Assembly (NCBI RefSeq): GCF_001194135.2
Contig: NC_068998.1
Location: forward strand, 28,724,170 to 28,788,169
DNA length: 64,000 nt
Direction: 5' to 3'
Origin: Octopus bimaculoides
Taxonomy: Eukaryota
Translations under genes and position numbers: made by a program
Notes under the pieces: model-generated
What the model was told of the DNA's origin: nothing
Seen by the model: only the letters and a program-made list of their open reading frames with translations
Database searches by the model: none
Shown: positions 54,101 to 64,000 of the stretch, piece by piece
Numbering within the stretch: position 1 is the stretch's first letter
Layout: every line of letters begins with the position of its first letter

Positions 54101-55029
54101 CCTCGTCATGTGCAGCCCTCTGCACTTAAAACACGGGCCTGTGAATGGCTGCTGTCATTCCACAGCAGGCCTTTTTCCATCCTTCACCAGCCATCGTGGG
54201 CTTCTGCAGCCGCTATCACCACTGCCTTCCGCCTGGTGTTTTGTGTGGGCTTGAACGATGAGCTCGCTCATCGCCATTTTGTTGCTGCCTGGCAACTGTT
54301 GTAGTTGCCCCGACATGTTGGGAAAGCCATTCACAAAGGCCAGTCATGCTACTTTCTCAAGTCCCACACCAGTAAGACCAGACAACACAACTAGGCTCTA
54401 TACCTCCACAGCATATTTGTCGACCTGTTCCCCTCTTCATCAGATTGTTCCCAGCTTAGCAAATGCGGTGTGCACTCCATCTGTGTAAGCCTCTCTCAAG
54501 CGTTGCTTGATCTTCGCCCTGCTCAGTTGTTCTTCCATTTCAAGGTACAGTACCAGCACACTCCACTCCGAATACAGGGCCATGAGGCTCACTACATCTT
54601 CGATGCCTTGTAGCCTGGCCACAAATTTGACCTTTTGAATCCAGGCTACTACATCACCTTCGCCATAGAAAGATCTGATGACATCACTGCCGATCCTTAT
54701 CTTTGCCTCCCATCATATATGAAGGGGACAACAACGCCTGTATACAATTGCTGAAATAGCTTTTCATGTGTGGGAAATGAAAAGAGGTTCACCTGCCTTC
54801 CTCTTTCATCTGTGCCTGTCTAGTAGTAGACACTCCAGCGATCCTGCTCCACCCTGTCACCCAGTATAAGCAAGCAGCTGCTATCTGACCAACCCGGGAG
54901 CGAATTTCCTGACATCCATTCATGATGCCTCATCCAGCGAAAAGCGGCCAACTCTGTCCTGTCTCCCCCACACTTCCCTTCTCACGCTTCCCCTTCCCTT
55001 GACCATTGATGTCATGGTCCTCTTCTTCC
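51177..55029 (-). mobile_element. Compact Ty3/Gypsy LTR retrotransposon (~3.85 kb), decayed
   Basis: Direct LTRs 51177-51457 and 54769-~55029 with TGTGGGAA(A)TGA...TCATTCCCACA ends. Order on minus: gag, zinc knuckle CFKCRGLHMTRDC, protease region, RT (VDLKLAYLQL, SSYIDDIL), RNase H (NKADALSR), integrase (LLMDNSTAF, SGNGIMERHHQTIK). About 23 substitutions in ~255 aligned LTR bases by manual count. PBS and right TSD not recognisable. Confidence 0.93.
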
Positions 55030-55059
55030 ATCATTATTGTCATTGTTATCATCATCATC

Positions 55060-55215
55060 ATCATCACTTAATGTCTGCTTTCCATGCTAGAAAGGGTTGG
55101 CTGACTCAATTGGATCAAATGTGCTGGAGGACCACATTATGCCCTTCCTAATGCTAACCAATTTACAAAGTGTGCTGGGTACTTTTTTGTAGCACTAGCA
55201 CTAAGTGAGGTTTGC
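55060..55215 (-). mobile_element. RTE 3'-end fragment with (CAT)n tail abutting the Gypsy LTR
   Basis: CATCATCATCACTTAATGTCTGCTTTCCATGCT matches the RTE 3' end at 8744. Confidence 0.7.
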
Positions 55216-56321
55216 AAGGCTAAAGGACCTAAAGGAGTCCCTATCATTAAAGGAGTATAGGAAACAGGGTGTGGTGATTCAAGGTAAGGCAATGGGAGAA
55301 GGTAAAATATGATGAGGAGAGCAGATTTGTTGTTGTGAGAGGATGGTAATAGAGAGAATAATAGAGTAGACACCGTATGAAAGAGCCAAGGGAAAGGAAA
55401 GGGCTTAATTAGGGGTTAGTGAGAAAGAGAGGAACAGACAGAGTTGTAAAGGTGGTGGAAAGGCTATCCCACATAATAAGAACAAGTAGGGGGAGGAGGT
55501 ATGGAAAGAAGAGAACAAGAGAGAAATAAGTGAAGGAGGCAAGGATCCAAAGAGAGCCATTAAGGAAAGACCAGTGTAGGGACCATGTAGGTAGGTCAGA
55601 AGGGGAGAGAAGAGCTGTGGGGATAGGACAGTATTGTAAAAGGGACAAAGAAATGATAGTGATGAAAAATATGAATGAAGGAGGAGAGTGATGAATGAAG
55701 TGAGTGGGAAGATGGCTGGAGGAGGGAAGGTGGACACAACTAGAGAGATGAGAGTAGACTAATTGACAGTCTCACATATATAGACCTAGTGGTGGATGGT
55801 AAAGTCTAGAGTGAATGGGCATGTGCAAGGCAGTCCTCCATAGTTTGTGATGCAGAGATGAGAGATGGGTAGACATGAGTGTGAGAGATGACTAAAGTGA
55901 ATGGGAAGAGAAATAGTAATCATCTGACAGAAAGTGGCAGTAAACACACACACACACACTTGCATACACACTTGCATACATACTAATACCCATATAGACA
56001 GGCATTCCAACCTCTGTGACTTCCATCATTTCATTGCCTGTTTCACTACAGTTGTTTGGGGCCTTCTGTAGCACCATGTAACACAATATGATCCTTTGTC
56101 AGCTCCTCCATGAGATGCAGTGTTTTTAGGTCAGCCTTCATCTGTTCTAAGTTTTCTTTGATCTTCTTCTATGGACCCCTCTAACTCCCTTATGCAACAA
56201 CCATCTTTTATATGTATCACAAGCCCATACCAACACAGTCTTATCTCTTGCACACTACATCTGATTTCCCTTATACCTAGTATTTTTTTCTCAGTTGGTG
56301 TCTATGTGCCCAGCTTTTACA

Positions 56322-56470
56322 TCATCATCATCATCATCATCGTTTAACGTCCGCTTTCCATGCTAGCATGGGTTGGACGATTTGACTGAGGACTGGTGAA
56401 ACCGGATGGCAACACCAGGCTCCAATCTAATTTGGCAGAGTTTCTACAGCTGGATGCCCTTCCTAACGCC
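56322..56470 (-). mobile_element. Short RTE 3'-end copy
   Basis: (CAT)n-CGTTTAACGTCCGCTTTCCATGCTAGCATGGGTTGG...CAGCTGGATGCCCTTCCTAACGCC. Confidence 0.85.
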
Positions 56471-58079
56471 TCAATTTGCCCTTCACTTTGAGGGGAAAAG
56501 CCTGTGTTGCCTGCAGTGGTAATAGCTCCCAGAACATTTTCCAACTTCTTCTTGCCCTACCGACTATACCTTTGTTTTGGAAATACTATCTTCACCTTTG
56601 TACATAACTTGTACAGCTTTCACAAGCCATTCATTCATCCAGTGATGTAAATAAATGAACGTCAAAATAAAATGATAATCCTAACAGACTTAAGCATCAT
56701 TAATCCATTTTCTCTTTAATGTCTCTTATATGACTTCTGTAATTTATTTAGTGTCAAATGTACACTAATGCTTGAATAATTTTAAAATATCCATATAGAC
56801 CGGCTACAATCTGTCTGAAATGCATATGGATTAGGCTACTCTGGAACTGGATGAAACCCAATGGAATTATGATGCTATGCATATTCTTTCATAAGGTTTA
56901 AGCCTCAAAGTTACTTCAGAGCAAGATTAAATGATTAATTTATATAAGCTTACTTTATACAAACATCTAAAGAAATAAAGACAATGGGGTGGTTTATAGA
57001 ATTTGAACCAAATATAGATACTGCCATAAATCACTCAAGATATTGAGACAGGATTGAAGTCTACATAAAATTGAAGTTTGAAAACTGACATTGGGTCAAT
57101 TTATTCATCTAGTTTTCATTACTGTGTGTATGCAGACACACTTTGTTGTATGGTAAAGTGCTCAGGGCACCAATGAACAGGAACACCACAGTATTTTTTG
57201 TTAGTGCCAGATTTACCAAGGTACAAATGATATATATTATAATAGATTTGCTTTAATGAATAAGGTGTTGAAAATCATCATTTATTCCTGATGTCCAAGT
57301 AAATAATTTGCTTCTTTAGTTTACTACTATTTAGTGTTCAAAACAAGAGGTTATATTCAATAAAGTTCTGCGGTCTGGCCCACATTTTTAATCTATTATT
57401 TCACATTCAACATTTTTCATGTATTCATTTAGGAAAATGTATGCTTATACTTCAAAATTTAATGTGTAAAAACTGCATTTCACAGCATCACATCAGCTTC
57501 TTTTTTATTGTTATATAAGCCATTTGAATTTACATAAAATCCACATCACTTAAAAATATGAACATGTATAAAAACTTTTTGTTTATAGTTGTTAATATAT
57601 ATTGCTTTTTTTTTTTCATAGAATAATTTATTAATTAAAGTTCAATTAATAACTATTTGACTGTCAGCTTCATAATTTTATTCAGGAAACTAGTTTTCCT
57701 GAATACTCAAATAACTGTAATGTAGGAATTCTATACCTTATGACTTACTACATGTTAATGTTATATTTCAGCCTCAGAGAGGTACTTTGGTAGCAGAATA
57801 GTAGAGCAACCAGTAAAATGCTCTGCAGTATTTACTTTATGTCCTAATTTCAAATTCTGCTGGAGTTGGCTTTGCTTTTCATCCTTCTGACATTGATAAA
57901 ACAAAGACTTTTGAATATACACTTTTCCAAAACTTGCAGCCTTGTGTTTGTGTTAAAAATTGTTGTAGTATTTCAGATTAAAATTACATCTCAAATTAAA
58001 TTTGATCAAACAGATTATGAAAAGAAAAAGTTGAATGTTTAGTCATGCTATACACCATTTAATATTCCGTAACCTATTG

Positions 58080-58671
58080 GGATCTATTTTAAAATGGGGG
58101 CCACATTTTTCATTAATGTTTTACGTAGTGTTTTTGGTACGGAAAAACTTTCAAACTTCGTATACTTATCTATTTTGTGTTATAGAACAGAAAAATATTT
58201 TTGTATTCGAATTTATTTCATGTAAAAAATTGTCTTATTTCGATAATTTCAACCAATCACTGACAAGTATTCAGTTGTTTACATTTACTCCTTTGGCTGA
58301 TTAAGCGATGTAAAGCGTATTTAATCTCCATACCTTCATTTTATTTGCTTTTTTCATTTTAAATTTGCTTTAACCCTAACCCTAACCCTAACCCTAACCC
58401 TAACCCTAGGGTTAGGGTTAGGGTTAGGGTTAATTGTTTCAGAATCGTTTGTTTATGTAGTCGGCACTTAATGTATATCAGCTGAATGGATGTCAGTGAT
58501 TGGTTGAAATTACAGAAATACGACAACTTTAACATGGAATAACTTATGGATTTCTTTTTTTTTAAAGAAGACTAAGAGAAAAAGATGTTTTATATGACAC
58601 ATTCTACCAGTGTTCCAAGTTTCAAAGTGTTTCGTTAATGAAAAATGTGGCCCCCATTTTAAAAAAGATCC
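58080..58671. mobile_element. 592-bp MITE with GG-ended TIRs and 8-bp TSD (Merlin-like; hAT not excluded)
   Basis: 37-bp TIR GGATCT(A/T)TTTTAAAATGGGGGCCACATTTTTCATTAA (36 of 37 match); TSD ACCTATTG at 58072-58079 and 58672-58679. Confidence 0.85.
58371..58432. repeat. Back-to-back telomeric repeats (TAACCC)6-TA-(GGGTTA)4
   Basis: Counted directly; palindromic centre CCCTAGGG at 58404-58411. Confidence 0.95.
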
Positions 58672-59582
58672 ACCTATTGTATTGCTAGACTGTATCTTAT
58701 ATTCCTTCAACAGCTTATATTTCTGCCAAAATACCACCATGACAGTAAAACATGCATTATAATCACGAAACACATTATTATAAAAAGACTTCAGAGTCTG
58801 TTGTCAGCAGACTTTTAGTCTTTTTTCACCTTTAGATCTTTGATATAATGCTATCACTGCTATCTGTTAATTGATAGATTACATCAAAATAAGAAGTCAG
58901 GCTTTCTTAACTACTGCAAAGATCTGATTATAGAATGTAGCAGACAAATTGAAAGTAACTAGACTTTCAATAGGAAAGAAGTATTGTAGTACAAATGTTT
59001 TATATGAATTGTCATAATTTCATTCATCCATAATAAATGAACCCAAGCTGTCTTGATAAGGATGGTTTGCATATCTTTACACATTAAAGTATTGTTTAGC
59101 CCAATGTCTCAATCAATAATTCTATAACCAAGCTAAGCCATCATGTGAAGGAAAATAAGAATTATCACTGGCTGCTATTCTAAAAATTTAGATATTAAAA
59201 GGCATTGATGATATTCTTTTCAAATACTGAAGTAAATAAAATTAGATAAATAGTCCTTAATAATAAATAGCCTCGCAGACTGAAAACTGAACACTTTCAC
59301 CACCACCACCTCCACCTCCACCATCACACCATCAGCAGCATTTTAACATTCACTTTTCCATGAGGCAGATTTTCCACAGCCAGATGCCCTTCCTATTGCC
59401 AACCCTCACTTGCTTCCACTCGTTTCTACTGACTGGAAAGGAATGACATCGCTTGTCCTATGGTAACACATGTTTACAATGATCACATGATGTCAAGACA
59501 AGGAGGCACAAACACATAACTCAGATTCACGCACACACATCCATCCATCCATACATACTATGTGTGTGTGTGTGTGTGTGTA

Positions 59583-59930
59583 TCTTGTTTCAGTCATCTG
59601 ACCGTGGCCATGCTGGGGCACTGCCTTGAAGGGTCTTTTAGGTGAACAAATTGACAACAGGTTTTTTTTTTAACCCAGTACTTATTCTATCAGTTGTTTA
59701 TGCTGAACTGCTGAGTTACAGGGACATACACACACCAACACCGGTTGTCAAGCAGTGAGTGGGAACAAACTCAGACACAAAGACATGCACACGCATAGAT
59801 ATGTAGTTTCCACCGAACAAATCCACTCACAAGTCTTTGGTCAGCCTGAGAGTACAGTAGAAGACACTTGCCCTAGGTGCTATGCTGTGAGACTGAACCT
59901 GGAATCAAGCTTCTTACCACACAGCTTCGC
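59583..59930 (-). mobile_element. Diverged SINE copy (same family as 14161)
   Basis: Tail and head motifs recognisable. Confidence 0.75.
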
Positions 59931-60157
59931 ATATGCCTATAGCCACGCCCTTGCCTATAAACCACACCAGTGCCTCTAATCCATGCCTGCTAGACAGCTC
60001 TGGAATATAGTGTATTTTTAAATGTTATATGTTTTTAAAGGGATTTTTCCTTGCAGTTTCTGGTTTTTAAACGACACACATGCATTAAGTATGTTGCAAT
60101 GATAATGTTTTTATTATTGGGCTGCTTCTGTTACATACTTCAAATTTTCATATACAT

Positions 60158-60229
<72 letters not shown>

Positions 60230-61104
60230 CATATACATACATACATATACATATATACATATATATATAATGATGAGCTTCTTTCAGTTTCTGTCTACTA
60301 AATCAGAAATTGAAAGAAAGAAGTATTATTAATCATTTTGAAATAAGCATTAACAACCATAGAAAATCATGTAAAAATACAAGATAAAAAAGAGATACAT
60401 CCTTTCTGTATAATACACAAAGCTCTATTATGTTTAATGCTGTAAATCATAAAGTAACTTACACTATTAAAAACAATACAAAATCCTTTCAATACTGGAT
60501 GCTGCTCATAGAGTTTGTAAGATTCTTACAGGGAAGTTGGTAATCCTGTATTAATTAGAGTCTACGCAGAGCATGTATTATTTTTAGCTCTGAAGTAGAA
60601 ATAATCTGAAGGAAAATAATGGGTACCTTCATTACAACACTAATGATACATAAATACAAAAGCAAAAAGAGAGAAATGCCAGTATTAGTTGGCTTTGATC
60701 CAGCAGACTTAAGATAAAAGGCATTCCAGCCATGACTATTCCAATTTTTATTTTAATCATTATGTATCTAGGGTTACATTTTTGAATGTGTTTTTTTAAA
60801 AATGTTTTTAAGGTAGCAGGGAGGGCTTTAAGGGAGAATTGGCTTCTATTTCTAGCAGAGTGAGAGGCTACATAAAGGCTCCTGGTTGTCTTGTAATTGC
60901 TTTTGATGGACTGACTCCTAAAAGCAATGCAATACAGGGCCTACATGTGGTCAAAGGTGGTACAATCTTTGAACTCTTTTACATTCTGAAATCATTTTAA
61001 TATCCATGGTTCTATTTAGAGGTGTCTCTGTCACATATCAAGTTGATAAGACCAGTTTATCCGAGCTGGATTAGATTTTATTAAACTACAGTTACTGTTT
61101 TACA

Positions 61105-61301
61105 GTTTTACTTGTTTCAGTCATTTGACTGCAGCCATGCTGGAGCACCACCTTTAGTCAAGAAAATCGACCCCACGACCTATTCTTTGTAAGCCTAGTA
61201 CTTATTCTATCGGTCTCTTTTAGCCGAACCGCTAAGTTACGGGGACGTAAACACACCAGCATTGGTTGTCAAGCCATGGTGGGGTGACAAACACAGACAC
61301 A

Positions 61302-61385
<84 letters not shown>

Positions 61386-61553
61386 TATACGACAGGCTTC
61401 TTTCAGTTTCCATCTACCAAATCCACTCACAAGGCTTTGGTCGGCCCAAGGCCATAGTAGAAGACACTTGCCCAAGGTGCCACGCAGTGGGACTGAACCC
61501 AGAGCCATGTGGTTGGTAAGCAAGCTACTTACCACACAGCCACTCCTGTGCCT
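61105..61553 (-). mobile_element. Full-length SINE (same family as 14161)
   Basis: High similarity to 14161-14560, with expanded (CA)(TA) middle. Confidence 0.9.
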
Positions 61554-62446
61554 AGTAAAAATATTTATTAAACTACAATTAGTAAAAATATTTTTACTTA
61601 GATGTTTCCCCTCTCATAAATTGTCTGCTTGATTGTTTTTCTCAGTCTTTTACTTTTTTTAAACTATTTTCATATTTGTGTGCATTCATTACAAATCTTG
61701 CAATGCAATGCATTTCCTCCAGTTCACGAGAAACAATAGGAAGTGATCTTTGAATTAAAAGTCAGTGAACTCACATTACTAAATATTATAGCAACTGTCT
61801 TCATAACTAGTTTCACATTTATTACCTATGCCACTTAATTGTTAGAAATAATTGATATCAGTAGGCTACCAATACCACTCATTCTAAAGACATTACTGCT
61901 TTTGTTGGCTGCATTCTTGGAAACCAATAGAAGTGTTTTATTTTCTCCTTGACAATGTATTTTATGATCTGTAGTGTTCCAAAATGCATCTGTGTGCAGA
62001 ATGATAAGTTGTGGGATGATAAGCAGCATCCATCTAATTTTAAGCAGTTATTTCTACTCTTTATATTCAATGACCAACTTATATTCATAACATACAGCTC
62101 TGTCGTACCTACAGAAATTGTTCATTAAGACCTGCTGATAGATGCTGTTGTTATATCTACAATGAACATTGTCAGAAACAAAATATAAACTCTAGAAATA
62201 TATTCTAAAATATTGTGTACAATGCACAAACAATAACAATTCTGATTCATTGTTGAGTCCTTACCTATAATTAAGCACACCCATGCACTTAATAGATAAT
62301 TATATCATTTCAATGAAATCATGTATTTAACAAATACTCTATCTTTCTATCAACATTAAGGTCCCTTCTTAATATCATTCTAGCAAACAGTTTTATACAC
62401 ATGTATGCATTCTCTTTGCTAAATCTATGCTATATACTCAAAATAT

Positions 62447-62814
62447 GTGGAGGCGCAATGGCCCAGTGGTTAGAGCAGCGGGATCACAGTTTCAATTCCC
62501 AGACCGGGCGTTGTGAGTGTTTATTGAGCGAAAACACCTAAAGCTCCACAAGGCTCCGGCAAGGGATGGTGGTGAACCCTGCTGTACTCTTTCACCACAA
62601 CTTTCTCTCACCCTTACTTCCTGTTACTGTTGTGCCTGTAATTCAAAGGGTCAGCCTTGTCACACTGTGTCATGCTGAATATCCTCGAGAACTACGTTAA
62701 GGGTACACGTGTCTGTGGAGTGCTCAGCCACTTGCACGTTAATTTCACAAGCAGGCTGTTCCGTTGATCGGATCAACTGGAACCCTCGACATCATAAGCG
62801 ATGGAGTGCCAACA
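62447..62814 (+). mobile_element. tRNA-derived SINE with target-site duplication
   Basis: A-box TGGCCCAGTGG, B-box-like GTTTCAATTCC, (AAC) tail; 11-bp TSD ACTCAAAATAT at 62436-62446 and 62815-62825. Confidence 0.9.
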
Positions 62815-64000
62815 ACTCAAAATATATATAATCTTATATGGCACTACACAAACTCATAGTTTGGAATACAATAGCCTCATGTAACCACTTGATCACTAGA
62901 AATAACACATAAATTCCATCTTAAAATGAGTATGACAATGTAATCCTAGTGATAAAAAAAGACAGGATGATCACAGCTGGAATGCCTTTTAACATACATC
63001 TGTTTCATCGGGACTGACATGAAGATAAACAATAACAAGTCTTTATTCACCAAAACTCTTCATCCATTTAGCTATCGCTCAGCTGTGTCCTCACTTTATG
63101 TCTTGTATCTTAAATTATAATCTCCCCACCTCTGTTTCTCTGAACTTGTTGATCATATACCAACTCTACCCAAACAGACTTTTCTTACTTGACATTTAAC
63201 TTTCTCTCATTCTTCACTGCATATCATTCTCCAGATTCCATTCTGTGTATTTGGCTTAATCCTCAGAACAGCCTCCTTTTTTTACATGCTATCCATCTAT
63301 GTTTTCCTTACAAATGAATAACCTTCAACAGTTTAAACTTAATATTAATTGTATTAACCATTACTACCCAATTTTACCTATTTCCACTTCATTTTGAATC
63401 ATAAAAGAGCCTTACTTGCTACCATTTGAGGGCTCTTTAAGAAGGGTGTGATAGTTTCTAGAAGATTATTTCAAAGGGGTCAAAGGTGGGTAGATTCTGT
63501 CTCCTTAAGCTCAATGGATTAAATTATTTTCTGAGAAATCTTTCTAAGACCTTTTGCAAATCCATAATAGTTTTAATAAATCTGGTAAAAAGTACATATT
63601 TCAATTCTAGAAAATATCTAGTTTTGGCAACTAAACTTCATTAATTTCGATAATCATGTGAATGGGAAGTGTTATTGTCATTATTTCTTTAGTATGAAAA
63701 CCACACATGTGTGCAGAGCTTTGATCCTGCCACTTAGGGAAATCTTCGTTCATGCTAAGTCTATCTCCAGACAGGATATGTGTAATCACTCGAAATGCTT
63801 TGTTTCAGATTTAATATGTATAGTTGTTGAAAAAGGCTGCAATACAAAACTTCACTTACCAAATCTATCTTTTAATCTTTTACTTGTTTCAATCATTAGA
63901 CAGCAACCATGATGGACACTAACTTGAAGAATTTTAGCTCAATGAATTGATCCTAGTACTCATTTTTTTAAAGCCCAGTACTTATTATATCACTTTTTGT

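Noticed and set aside
55230-55790. ORFs in a purine-rich tract
   Set aside because: Low-complexity GA-rich sequence without domain motifs; similar tracts occur at 20690-20900 and 44880-45060.
58371-58432. Chromosome end-to-end fusion scar
   Set aside because: A fusion gives (TTAGGG)n then (CCCTAA)n; here the order is reversed and the array lies inside a TIR/TSD-bounded element.

Overview
AT-rich animal genomic DNA from a draft assembly with several N gaps. The repeat families (tRNA-headed SINEs, RTE LINEs with (CAT)n tails, dense CA/TA/CT microsatellites) look like an octopus genome; this is an inference, no search was run. The window is mostly intron-like DNA filled with decayed mobile elements: RTE LINE pieces, a Helitron Rep fragment, three mariner, two Tc1 and one pogo remnant, a Chapaev3-like element nested in a mariner, hAT and Merlin-like MITEs, a compact Gypsy provirus, and Penelope-like elements (PLEs), one split by a solo LTR. 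Only small candidate exons of an unidentified plus-strand host gene are visible. The most notable signals are: three hammerhead-ribozyme folds at 16.0-17.0 kb, two of them in the arms of a ~560-bp fold-back; a candidate recursive splice site at 20131/20132; a MITE carrying back-to-back telomeric repeats; a templated insertion inside a Tc1 gene; and a solo LTR with a full promoter, small ORF and polyA signal. No CRISPR array, rRNA or genuine tRNA gene was found.
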